DNA from: Dimorphilus gyrociliatus
Lineage: Eukaryota; Animalia; Annelida
Direction of reading: 5' to 3'
Assembly: GCA_904063045.1 (NCBI GenBank)
Contig: CAJFCJ010000011.1
Coordinates: 1,116,001 to 1,180,000 of the forward strand
DNA: 64,000 nucleotides
Under the pieces are notes generated by a model that saw only the letters and a list, made by a program, of their open reading frames with translations, did no database searches and was not told the origin of the DNA. Numbering within the stretch: the first letter of the stretch is position 1; the number at the start of each line of letters is the position of its first letter. The position numbers and the translations under genes are program-made. Positions 1 to 13,400 of this stretch are shown here, one piece after another.

Positions 1-5
1 TACGA

Positions 6-29
6 CTCTCTCTCTCTCTCTCTCTCTCT
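6..29. repeat. (CT)n microsatellite
   Basis: 12 consecutive CT units. Confidence 0.95.
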
Positions 30-898
30 GTTCCGTCTTTTGTCTTTAGCCAAGTATCTCTCGCTACTTTCTCTCTTTTTTCTATACTCTCCTTTATTTA
101 TAACTCTTCCCCTTTCTTTCCAACCAACTTTCATTTAATTTTGAAATGAACTAAAAAGGAGAAAAATGGAATTTTTCTTAATTAAACTTCTAAAATGCAA
201 GACGAAACTGGTTAAGCGACGAGTGAGAAGAGAAACCTCCCACTGCTAATGTAATAAAACAAATAGGCCTAGTATTCGCTCTACTCGAAAATTATTCAAC
301 TGCTATTTCTTGATTATATAAATTTTTCGCGTTCACCTTTTTCTAACCATCTGCTAATATATTAAACGACTAAAGCCTACTATTTACATATTTTCCATTA
401 ACGTTTATAAACCAAAGAAAGCGAAGCTACGGTTAAAAAGAGAATTTGATAGGGGTTAAAGGGTCAGAGAGGATGAGAGCAGGGGAAGGAAAAATGGAGT
501 TTTCATTGACGAAGTTTGTATTTCTACGTGATACGAAAGAAAAAATTACCATAGACTTGTATTTGAGAAGAAAGTATAATGTTATTTATTCGTTTTATAG
601 TCAGAACTGTAGTTATAGTAATTTACATTGTGCTAATAATAAACAATAACAGTGAATTGCGTAAAGAAAACGCTAATTAATTGTCCATTTTAGTCAAAGC
701 ATTAAATAAAAGAGAAACTAATAACAGCTCTTCTTTATTACCATCGAAAGACGAAATAGAAAAACGTCGTTTACAACTCGAGTTTATTGTTTAATGTACA
801 GGCTGGGCGTCTATTATTCTCTAAATCTATCAGGTGGCGCTGTATTGAACTGAGAGAAAAACAGGATTTTCATTACAGCAGGCAAATATTCGAGAGAG

Positions 899-2868
899 AT
901 GCTGGTGATATTTACTTACATTTTTTGTTTATATAATGCAGTTTTAGCTTTCGATGATCGTGTGGTAAGTAAAATAAAATGAAAATAATAGAAAACTATA
1001 AAAGTTAATAGTTTGCTTAAGAAATAAAAAGTAAAAACGAAAAAGACAGTATTGCAAAGCTTCTTATTATTAATTAATTAATAAAGAATACAAGAATTAT
1101 CCCACAGTTAAACGTAGCTTTATACTTTATTACCTATAATTCTGATAGGGACTTTTACGTAAGTATGAATAGAGAGTAATTTGAAAGGATTCAATGATGC
1201 TTGCATGACTGATAGCTTTTTTTATTTTTTTTTTCATTTCCTTGTCTCTCTCTCTATCTCGCTCTCTCTCTCTCTCTTTCTTTCTTTTTCTCTTTTTCTC
1301 TTTTTCGCTCTTTCTCTTTCCCTCCCGCTCACTATACTTTTATTTAACATCAATTTCTGTAATAAAAGAATGGTAAAAAGAAGATATATAAAGACAGATG
1401 TAAAGGAAAGAGAGAGAGAGAGGGAGAGTAAAGAGATAGAAAGACGCGGTTAAAGACAAATACAAGATAGATGTAGAAATTAAGTTTTTTTAAACAGGAC
1501 TCAATTAGTAAATAAAGTAAAAAAGAAACAAACTAAGATGGAGAAAATTCAATTAAACGTTTTTTTATATGTAAAATAATCAAATGAAATATTTACATCG
1601 CTAAATTTCAAAAGGAAAAGATTGACTACATTTTAGAATATTTGTTTAAGTTAAGCTAAAAATTGGATAGAATTTAACCTGGTCAAAAGTCTATTATATA
1701 TAATGCTACTTGGAATATCCCTAAAGAAATTAGTATGCTTTTAGCAGACCGTTTATTCGACGGATATTCGTTGCTAATGACTTTTACCTAGTTAATTATT
1801 AAAGAATATATAGGAAGGATTAATACGAATACATTGACGGTTGCCGACTGGGTATAATCTTTACATTTTCTTATGTTTCATTTCGCTCAGGTGGCTAAGA
1901 TGATCCCCTATTGTCGTGGCTCAAATTCAGTATGTAGAGGTTTATCAAAATTGCTCGATCTTTCTCAAGTTATCGTTGAACCTGGTTTTTGTAAATGTCC
2001 GAAATGTTTCGGCAATTGGACTACTGAAAGACCGTCAAGATCAACGATTACTTGTCAGCATCACGAGTTTCCTGATCGAATGATTCAGTACAAATTCTGC
2101 AGCGAGGTATTATCAGAAGTCACATGTTCTGCCAAGGAGAAATTAGCTTTAGTCCTGGCAGCTAATAAGCAGGGAGAATATTGGTTACCGTATTTGAAGG
2201 AATCAAAATGTTTGTGTCCAAGCTCATATTTTATGACGGTAAGCTTGTTGCTTTCTATCTTAAGAGTATCCGAACCAGCACTAAAACACTTCATACAAGT
2301 TTAACCATTCAATGAATGTTTAGGATCCATTTGTTAAATAAATCCTAATTAATTATTGTTTCAATAAAAAAAAAGGGCTGGCGTCAAGAAAAGATCCATA
2401 ATTTATGGTTATATTCTTTCGGGTGTGAAAGAAGGCACTGTGCCAGATCGTCCTCCCCCTGTGTTCAAAGATATTTGGATAGGGGTCATTCCCATACTGT
2501 TGGATACGAATTTTTGTGCACATGCCCGAATAATTTCAGGTAAATACTCGGTTATATAGACACAATATATATAATATAGGTACTATACTGTGTTTATATA
2601 CAGTATAAATTTTATACAGTAGATTCAGTATATATATACTCGACTGTATATATGGTTTTATTACTTTTATATATAAATTAAAAATTAAAAAGACCATATT
2701 TTCACTCTTTTATTACTTTATTACTATTCTTTCTTATATTTTTTACTCTTGTATTTTAGATGTCCCGTTATACATACTGAAACGCAAGCTTATAACGTTG
2801 ATGGAGAGGACGAACGTGGTCCTTATTTACTCGATCGCTGTAGGCCTATTAATCAGATTGACGATTAG
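899..2868 (+). CDS. argos: Argos/giant-lens-like secreted cysteine-rich protein (putative EGFR-ligand antagonist), about 228 aa, 4 exons
   Basis: Exons 899-964, 1891-2238, 2376-2539, 2760-2868; all GT-AG and phase-consistent (0,0,2). Exon 1 is a signal peptide (MLVIFTYIFCLYNAVLA). Cys spacing follows Drosophila Argos as I recall it: IPYCRGSNSVC...FCKCP; QYKFC...TC...KCLCP; LYSFGC...HC...PC...FLCTCPNNFRCPVIHT...DRC. Confidence 0.75.
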
Positions 2869-4470
2869 CCTCGGATTTACTCGTAAGACAAAAAACAACT
2901 CTTATAAAAATTGTAAGTAATCCAAATGAATTATTGTATTCATACGCGTTAAATTTTAAAGTATTATTAATTTTTAATAAACTATGACAAAGATAAATTG
3001 TGTTTTCCTTCGTTATTTCAAGAAAAGATTTGGGTCTATCTTCTCTTTATAATATACTTGTAAATATGTTGAAAGCGAAACAAAGAGAAACGAGGCAAAG
3101 TTTTACGATACAATTATTTTTATAATGAGAATAAAAGAAATAAAACGAAAAAAATAGCATCCAACAAAAATAAAGGTCAACATATTATTATAAATAGAAA
3201 TTTTGTTCTCTTTATTCACATTTTCTTTAACTCTTTTATACAAAAATTATTAATATTCGTCTCTTTTCTAATCATTTTCTTTACAAATGAAAAATAATCA
3301 GATAATAAAATTTTGAGCTGCAGCAGCCAAAAAAAAAAGAAATAGAGAATACCAAAACAATCTAAATACTGTATATAACAAACTATTGCTCTCTTCTCTT
3401 CTTTTTCTTTTTTTGGTAGAACACATTTAATAAATTTATTTAAACAAAAAAACAATAATTAAAAAAATAAAGGGTAGAACAAAAAGAACTAGCAATAAAT
3501 AAAAGAATATATTTACACAATTATTTTAACTAATGAATGAAACAAAACGTAAAAATGAGACAACTTTGTTCTTTCATCATAAGTCAAGTTTAAGAGCATG
3601 GATCAGAAAAAAAAATGAATAAAAAGGAATGATAAATACATTGCAGGTAAATGTCATGGTAATTAGCAAAGAAATAATTATAAGGAACGAATCATAAGAG
3701 TGTTTCGCTATGATAAAAAATGAGTAATTTAATTTAATTTAAAGAAATGGGCGGGTTAATTGATTACTAGAAAGAGAAGACATGTTTAAGATAAAACAGT
3801 TTTTTGTGGCCAAAGAAATGTTTAAACATACAACGATTGTTTAAAGAAAGTGTACATGAAATAATGTCAAGATACGCGGAATTAATGAATTGATGTAAAG
3901 AAGACGACAGGACAGACGAGAGGAAAGAGAACCAACGTTATAGGTAAGTCGGGATATCTTTATTTTTTCAATTAGAAACAGAATGGAATGTGACAAGTGC
4001 GGATTTTTGCTACTCTTCTCATTTTTCGTTATAAAAAACATATAAGCTTATATATACTGAATAGGAAATTGTTGGCATTTATCGAAAGCGCTTGTAAAAA
4101 AAAAAAGAGAAAAAACGATAACATCTTTCATTTTCATCAAATTCTTCATAAGAGTATAAAATAACTGAAAGCACCTTCAAGCTCCAAATGATTTATGCTA
4201 ATTAGGTTAAAATATATTCAGATTATTTTATCCCTTTCAATTTAGATTTTAATTACCCTGGTTTAATTTTTATCACAACCACAAATTATTTAACCATTTT
4301 AAATTCCCTACTGTTACTTATACATCATCACATCCGCCCCAGGGAGTTGATAGGTAAATTATCAATTTTCTTAGATAAAGCCTTATAAGATATGTGATCG
4401 TTAAGCAAAAAGATGTAAATCGGGAGAAACCGATTAAACAGTCATTAAATCAGTCAAAGTATAATAAGCG

Positions 4471-7400
4471 TTAAGTTTTACTTTGTTTTGCAGAGGACGA
4501 AGCTGTTGGACGAGTTAAACAATGATTTACCAAACTCCCAGTAGATTTTCTTAAATTACTATTTTTCCCTATTTTTCTCCTCTTTTTATCCATAACAATT
4601 TTATCGTGACGGACAAATATTCCATGCCGACTACGGCATTTGAAATATCTAACGCCTTTAACCGAACCATCGTTTTTGCCGTCTGCGTTTTCTAATTCAA
4701 CGCCAATCCAGATTCCAGGAGCAAACTCGGTAGGTCCAACAAATGCAATTGTTCCGGGTTTTTGAGAGATTGATGGATTCGATGATAAAACGTTTACGGA
4801 TACTCCCGTAACTACCCATGCTGGTACAGCGCCTTCCGTTAATCGATTTAAATCAGCCCTCGAACCAAACGAGCACACGCTTACAGAATCTTCATCTTCA
4901 ACAAAGTCTTCGTGATTGTCATGCTCCAGCATCGATATCGGTCTATAGGTTGCTTTCATGGGAGATACTTTGGCTGTGCCACCAGGATTAGATTTTAATT
5001 TCTTTACTTCTTCCTTATTCTTTTTTGTATCTTCTTCTCTAGATTCTATATCATTCTCCTCCGGTTGTTTTTCCTCTGTATCGGAATGTCCGTTTTGACC
5101 AGTCTCTATACAAGATTCTGAACTTAAAGTATTGGTTGATACAGATCCATAACCACTAGATTCAGGTGTATTGTCGATAGTAATTATTTTACCAAGTGGC
5201 TTCGGACCTTTGAAGTCTTCTATATCTAAATCGGATGAAGAGGGTGAAAGTTTCTTTTCTGTTTCAGCTTGAGGTTTCTCAACTTCCTCCTTCTCTGTTT
5301 CAGAATCGGACTGAAATAAAAAAAATATTTCTTCACTTAACGGATCATTCTATCGATCTCTTATTAGCTGTCTTATTGTTATTTTTATAACCTCAGCCTT
5401 TGTAATTACTGGCTTTTGTTGTTCTTCAACTACTGTACTCATAGTTTGTCTTGGGTCAACCTTGGCAGTAGTAATAGAATTTTGACCGGGACTTGAACCA
5501 AAACTTGAACCTGTATATATTTAAAAGTTAAATTAAGAAGAAATTGATAGAATAGGGTGAATACTATCTATTTGGTGACGAAGATAAATTGTAAAATAAA
5601 AATATAAAAATATAAATAAATCTAAGCTATAGTAATTGTCGTGCTTTAGTGAAAATTGAAAAAAATATATATATACTGTATATACAGTATATATATATAT
5701 AATCCTTTCCGTTGATCTACAATTTAAAGAGAGAATAGAATAATCTACATACTTCTTTTATATGCAATAAATGTAGCTAAGTGGAAAAGAAGACTAATAA
5801 AGGGAATAGTTAAGTGTTGTATTAGATCATTCGCCGCTATCGTTAGCATTGGGAAGTAGAGTTGTGGCTCATCAGTAATGTTAGGCCGGACACAGGACTA
5901 GTGACTCGAGACTAACCAAACAGCCTATTAAATTTCATAGTCCCTAAACAAGCTGACTTCCTCAATACGACTGACTATTTATCTCTAATAAAAGGATAAG
6001 GCTTAGAGTAGGATTTATCTCTAAAAATTTATACGCTTCACCTTCTGATTTAGAAAAATTCAGATCTCAATTTAAAAAGATTTAACTTGAAAAAAAAAAA
6101 GCATGCAAAACTATAATAAAAACTAAATCTTCCAACAAACAACAGCGGAACATACGCTTGGAATTTGTCAAATTTCCTCTTAAATTTAGGAAATTCGGCC
6201 GAGCTGAGCGCAATATTATGAATATTTTTAATATCTTATTAAATTTTATCTTTTACAATTAGTAAAAGTATTTTTATCATCTGGTTATTGAATTACAAAC
6301 CTTTGTTGAAAGTAGGTTTTGACGGAAGAATTGATGCAGGAGTTGATTCCATTTGATTCCTATTTGATGATACTTTTGCCACACCCTCATGTGCTGATAC
6401 GGAATGAGTCAAGTCTTGAATACTATCGGATCGGAACTGTACATTTTAAGCAAGATATAAGCGATATTTTAGGCGTAAATATTATTATACAAAATCAATG
6501 CATTATATAAACTATAGATGGCAGCACTTGCCTCGATGCAGGAAAGGTTGTGCATGGATGACGATAAAATCTGTTTTTCAGTGAGTGATACGACATTCGA
6601 GGGGAGAAGGAAAAATTGTTGTTGTGCGTATATATAAATATTACGAACATGCAAAAAAGTGTAAAACAAAAAATAAGTCCAAATTTTTTACTGGTGAGAC
6701 GTTCAAACTTACGTTGTGGATATTAGGAACGCTAGTGGCTTTACGTAGAGGTCTACCTCTCTGAGCCAAAAGTTCTTTAACAGCAACATCTTGTCTTAAC
6801 CTAAAATTATTATAAAAGGTTAAATCAAAACAATTAGGAAATTTAAAAGATTTATTATGATTTCAAACCTATCCAATGTCAAAATGCTTTCAACTGCACT
6901 AACGCCTTTAAGATATTTCTCGATGTAACTCTCTCCATCATTGGCACCGGTAGCGGCCATCTGCGCTAATGTTTCTCTATCTTCTAATTCCTCAGAAGCC
7001 TAATTTAATAAACAGTTCATTAAACTTGAATTAGAAAACTCATCACAATTAATATCTGACTTACTTTTGGAATGCTGTTGACGATATCGTATGTGACGCC
7101 TGAAGACACTGCGCTTTCCTGGGAAGGTGAATCGCCCGTAAATGGACTCCACATCTATATTATTTAACACGACAAATAGTTGGAGCATGCAAAAAAAAAG
7201 AACCAAACAACAAAATAAAGTTTTGAATATGTGAACGAATGCGTATGTTAACTTTGTATAGAAGAAATGAAAGAGAACTTTTTTACCAATTGAAATGATA
7301 GATGAAAAAATAATACATAAAATAATATTTACCGTCTTTCCAATCCTCTTTTTAAGCCTGTCCGTTATAGATTGCCGTTTATAAACGTTAATAGCAATCC

Positions 7401-10400
7401 GTTTTCTCAGCACCAAATCCAACGGAGCTGGTAAAGATAATCGCGCAATAACCTTAACTATTAGATAAACCCTTTCCCCTGGAGGGGTAACTCGATTCAA
7501 ATGAGGTGAGTTATGAATAGATGAATCCCAAGAAGCGGTGATGGCAACATTAGTGGAACCTTTTTCTAAACCGTTCCAAACAGTCGGTAAAACACAAAAT
7601 TTTCCCCCATGCTCTTTTGGTAAAATAGCATTCATGCCTGGTGTTGGTCTGGCTGAGTCGACGCCCTCGAGGGCAGTTTGACCTATACCAAGCTCTTGCT
7701 CTTTTAAATCAAGAAAAATTAACGGAATGTGTTTTTCCATCCCAACGGGTGGAGTCCAATCAGCAGGAGCACCAGGTACACCTGATAAAGGAACTTGTAC
7801 TGCGTTCCTCTCCTCTGTTAACCAGATCCATTGTTGAATAAGTGCCCTTTCTCGTTCGACATCTGCCTCACTCTTGTCATCCCCTTTCTGCATTATACGT
7901 TGTAAATGTTCGTCTAAATAGTTGCGACGCTTATCAAGGGCTTCTGACCATTGCGATCGGAGAAGCTGTAGTTCATCTTCTTGATAAGAGTCTAATCCCT
8001 TTTGTAAAGTTGAGGATCTAGCACAAATGCAACCGATTGAAACATGATCAATAGAATCAACTAAGAGAGGCAGAGTGCCTGCATCGTTTCTCCTTGATCG
8101 ACTTAGACGTACGTGAATTCTTCTGGAATGTCCTTGCCTTAGTTGAAATACCCCCCCAGAGAATATATCAGGCTTTTGGACCAGTTCAACGGGGGCATAT
8201 TCTCCATTATCTGCCAGCTCGTGAATTTCCACCCACATCTCCAATTGTCGTCTCACTTCGGACCACCTTTCGGCTAGACTACGACTGTTTGCGGAGTCTG
8301 ACGGGGCTGATGCAGTTAAAGTAGGAAGAACATTGGAAAAGCCATGGGATCTAATAGTCATAATGTTCACATTAGTTTCGCCTTAGTAATCTGTCGATAG
8401 TATAATCGATAAAAAAACTAACCTGTGACCCCAAACTTCAATCGATAATGCACCATCACTGACATGCTCCAAAAATTCGTCGTTAATTTCCGCTTCATAC
8501 TCTTCGGAATGATCAAAACGAAATCGATTCGAATCCTGCTGATCGACTAAGGGAGGGACAACGACAGGTTCTTGCTCATTCCAAAAAGTATATTGGCAAA
8601 AGACAAAGTGTGAGAGAGCCGGGGGAAGTCCCCTTGCTTCTTTAATGCCAATCCTGCATCTGACCCTTTCACCTTCAAGATTGCCCTCTAAGCTGCCAGC
8701 AGTTCGGCTTATAGTGACGCTGAGCCTTCCAGCTACGTCACCTTGCTGAGAGATAATCGGAACCTGATATTCCAGAGTGACATCATGAAATAATACCTCG
8801 AGAAACACGTTGGCAACTCCAATGAGATTATGATTCTCTTGAGCTTCATAGAAGGGATCGGTGCTCCCAGGTGAAGATTCTGTTTCTAATTGTCGAAGTT
8901 CATAAAGTTCTCTCATTGAAATTACTTTATGTTCAAATTCTTCTAGACTGCAAATATTTTGCTCTCGGGTTGCTCGTCTCACAACAATGGCTGGTTCTGT
9001 TACAAAGGCTCCCCGTCTTCTGTGAGGCGTTAAATTGGCGGCTGGAATTTGTAAAGTCACTCCAAACTCTACGCTCTTTCCTAACTCCTTAGCTAAGACA
9101 TTGGCTTCTCTTGCCAAGGAATTAGCCTTGAGGACATCCTCTTTCAAACGAACTAGAGCCTGTTTCAGTTCCGCTTCACGTTCTTCCATTAATTGCTGAT
9201 ATCTACCTCTCAAAGCTCCTCCTGTAGGCGTAATAGGTGTCATGTTTCCAAAATAAGGAGTAAAATTAGGTGTTGATGGTGACATTAGCTGAGATTTCAA
9301 CATTCGCATTTGTTTTTCGTACATCGCCCGTTGCCTGGCCAAGGCCTCTTCTTTATCGTCTCTATGTTGCCTTTGTAAAGCATCTATAGCCTCTCGAATG
9401 GGATCAGATCCCTCACTCAAGAGTTCTCGCTGAGCAAACTCATAATCGACCGGGTTAGCCGGTGAGTTTTGAGCAGTTGGACAATTTACCCTAAAATAAT
9501 GATTCATACCCCAGACTATTCTATCTCCGTGTTTAATTTTTATTTTTTCTCGAATTTCCCTACCATTTACACAAGTTCTTGCGTCCTTTTGCGGGGTCAC
9601 GAATACTTCTCCATCGACAATTTCTAAATCAGCGTGATGAGCTGCAATTCCCAAACCACACAGTTGAATGTCAGGTTCAATATCTCCTCCCTCTCTTCCA
9701 ACTATTGTCTTGTCTTCCTTAAGATAATAAACAAGTAGCTCGTTTAAACTAGGATCGGCATTTAGGTTAACTAGGTAATATTTTCCTCTCTCCACTTTTA
9801 TACCAGACGTTTGGACGGAAATTCCCATCTTTTCCAACGCAACATGTCTTTCCTAAAGAAAAGAAATAAATCACATTAATATTCTTTCCAATATTTTATA
9901 AATACGTTTTCCGGTAATTAAGTTTTTAGGTTGCTAGAGTTTTTCTTTTATTAAATTAATCTACGGGGTGCTAAAAAGAGCGTCTAATTGAGGTTCGTAG
10001 GAAACCATTAAACTAAAAGTTTATTTTCATCATGCAGTCTTCTCAATCAATATAATGTTTAAAATGGTATAAAAGCACTTGACTTTTCTTAGATATTGGT
10101 CCTATTTTTTTTATAATATGAAGCGGCTTTCTGTCCTTCATAAAATTTAAATTCGATTTCATTACCAATAAAAGAAAAATTCTGTACACGAACCAGGCGC
10201 TTGAATAAATCTACATATTTATACAAATATTTCTTTAGCAATTTTAATAAATAAGACTTTTTCGAATTATCAACCACCACTATTGGCTACCTGATCAACA
10301 ACCCTTGCTTAAATTAATCAGAATTGGTTGGTCAAGGAAATCTGGCTTATAGAAGCTCTTTAGTGTGTTCATTTATTTATTTACGACTGTGGCAAATCGA

Positions 10401-13400
10401 TTATATATTTGCTTTTTTTTTCACAGCTTTAGTTGTTACCCTTTTCGGTCAATACCCAATCATCTAATGGTTAAAAGCGATCACGTGCTGTACTGTAAAT
10501 CGCAGGTGCTCGAACAGTATAACTATGATAAAAGCCCTCAAAATGTAAAACGTTAGGATGTTTGAAAGAAAATTAATTTAAAACTCACAAGTCTGGAACA
10601 AAAATTATGTAGAAAAGTTGAAAATATTAAAAACTCACTTGATGTAATTTTTCCGTTTCCATTAATTTTTCTTCCCATGTTTTGCTCATTTCTTTCATTA
10701 ATTTTTCGCTTTCTTCAAGTCGATCCTTTAATTCAGGAGCTTTCATGCTCTGTTAAAACAAATAAGTAAAGCTTTAGAACGAAGAAAGCTCGCAGGATAA
10801 CCAGAAACAAGGGATTCAGTAAAAAAAAGCTGTTTATTTTTAATAGAACCTTTAAATGAGAAGGTGAATTACGCCTATTACAATTCGGAGAAAAGCTAGT
10901 AAATCCGATTAACATATTTTTGCAGTATTTAACAATTAGTCACTTTTGCAGTGTTATCGGCCATAAAATCCTATATCCGTTTCGATCGTCAATCTTGCAG
11001 TGCTTTATGCAACGCTTTAAACAGCGACGCCTATCGTCAACATTATTTCGGTGAGAAAATGTATATCGACATTAGGATGTTCTAAGTATCAGCTAAGTAC
11101 CCTAGTTGAAGTTTCTACAATTTCTCTCGCGGTGAAATTAGTAACTTAAGGGAACGGAAATCAAAAGCCTTCATAGTCTTAGGAAGGCCAAAAAACAAAC
11201 AGGTATGGGCTAGATATGAAGGAATACAAATAAAAGCTTAGTTTATGATGTTTATACAATACGTAGTCTTATAATTTTGTGCAGTAGAAAGCAAAGACAA
11301 ACACAAGTATTTTGTAAGCCATACAGTTGTTCTCTCTAGAATAACGATATAATTAAATGAAAGCGAGGCTTTGTACAAGAAACTTTTCTCTTTTCGTTAA
11401 ATCAGGACCTCATCACCTTCACTGCATCATAATGAAGGTTTTATATATTTACAAATCTTAGATATTATTCGTAATGGAATATGGTTTCTGTGGGAAGGAA
11501 AATAGGCCGCAAAAGGCTAATAAAAAAGAATTATGTTGAAAATTTAATTACAGCTAACTTGAAAAATAATCCGTCAGGAACTATTAACTAACTAGAATAG
11601 AAGAGAAGCCGAGTATAGATAGCCGATTGAGCAACAACAGGCTTGTGACATCGTTATTAAATTTTCGGTAGCCCAAAGGCCGAGTCTCATTATGTAAATT
11701 TTTCTGGGCGCTACGAGATCCTTATCAAATATATTAACAGTACTAGTAACAAGTTTCGCTAAACGACCTTTCTTTTCTTCAAAAATCTAATATGAACTGA
11801 ATTGCTCTGCTGCAAAAATCGATTTTTTTCTACGCTATCAGAATTGTGTAATTAGTTTTTGGACTTCTTCCCCTCCCCTCAACACTATTCTCCCAACCAT
11901 TTGCTCCTAATTTCCACTCTTTCCTATCTTTTTTTACTTAACACCAACAGCAAGAAACCGATTTTACATCCCCCAAAGACAAACTTTGAACTTTTCAAGT
12001 TTTTCCCCTCATAGTAGAGTACCCTCTTGCAGCCTTGCAACAGCTGAGACGAGTCCTTAGAAATCTTAACAGTATACTGTGTACAGTGTATATATACATT
12101 AGTGTATAAACTGTAATGTAATATATTTTGGCCAATAATGTATTATTCCATAGGATAATATAAAGAAATAAGAGTATCGTCATATTGTTACATAAAAGAC
12201 ACTAATTTTTTGCTTTAAATTGACATAATACCAAGAAATGTTCTCTTGGAACAACCTAAGTGGAGGGAGAAAGAAGTATGGAAAATTCCATATTATTGTT
12301 AACAAGTAACTACTTAAGAAATGCTTACAAATTTTTCGCGACTGCTAATTGATGGATTTAAAAGATGTCTGATTTATAGGACCAACGATAAAAAAGAATG
12401 TCGAAAGGGAAAAGGAAATCTAATAGACGAAAGTATAGTAAGCAAAGAAAATCCGGCTGAGGTTTAGTGAAGCATATAAACGACGTCGTTTCTACTCGTT
12501 CCGCTCGCCTTGACGCCAGCGTCCATCGTTCATCATTTTTAGGCTCCTGTATTACAATTTCTTCTCCCTTTTGTATAGATCGATACGAAAGGCAAAATAG
12601 AGAGATGAACTGGATCGATAAAGGACAAAAGACGATTTTTAGGCCTAGTTGGTAAAAAGCGGTCGACGCCCCGGATATTAGGAAATTTAGTCGTGGGAAT
12701 TTGCTACAGCAGAGGATTTTTCTTCATCTCAAACATTGATTTATATTTCAATGTTATAAATTGAAAAATTTCATTTAAAAAAAACCCAATCAGTGTAAAT
12801 AACACCAGAATAATTACTTCTTTAGTGTTTGCGCATCTTATCAATGAAACGTTGGGAGACGCGTGGAAATATTTCGCCTATCTGCAACTACAATCAGAAT
12901 GCGATATTGCAGATTGCCTCCTCAGTCAACAAGTAAGCCGTTATTTGTTAGACGAGATTTTCTACTTGTACGAGTCGGAGCGTCTCTAAATTCCGACTCA
13001 TCGACAAATTCGAAATTTAGGTCATATTCTTGTTTTGCCTTAAAATTTCTAAAATTTCAAATAAGATGTTTATAATTGAAAAGATAAACAAACCAAATTG
13101 TTTGTTTACATTGTTATGGAATATGATTTTGCGAATGCTACTGCAAAGACTTTACGTTTTGTTTATACATCTCCCTTTTTTCAAACACTCTCCAATCAAT
13201 CATTGTTAGGAAGTGTGGAATTCAACAAATGGTCTATTATTACTGTTTCTATTCCACTGACTTTTACAACCTTTGTTCTTGGATTCCTATGCTATTTAAG
13301 AAACAAAAAGAGAAGGTATAGAAGACGCCAATTTAGAGCGAAGAGAGTGCGTCATACTAAAAAAGATGTTGCAGTGCCCAGAGAGACTTTCCAGACTAAA

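Noticed and set aside
1181-1453. 90-aa ORF, and similar ORFs at 47675-47860 and 62759-63028
   Set aside because: They are translations of CT/GA microsatellite tracts (SLSL, ERER); the first lies inside the Argos-like intron 1.
5760-5911. Exon-like minus-strand segment in a KIF13 intron, considered as an alternative terminal exon removing CAP-Gly
   Set aside because: In the required phase 1 every candidate acceptor meets a stop within a few codons, and there is no supporting motif.
7641-9092. Plus-strand ORFs at 7641, 8094 and 8871, and the ORF at 13792-14037
   Set aside because: Antisense shadows of KIF13 coding exons.
11958-12183. Signal-peptide-like ORF ([12 protein letters not shown]...) that could splice to a short CCWC-ending peptide
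   Set aside because: It needs a weak donor and a 47-nt intron, and no family was recognised; too weak without transcripts.
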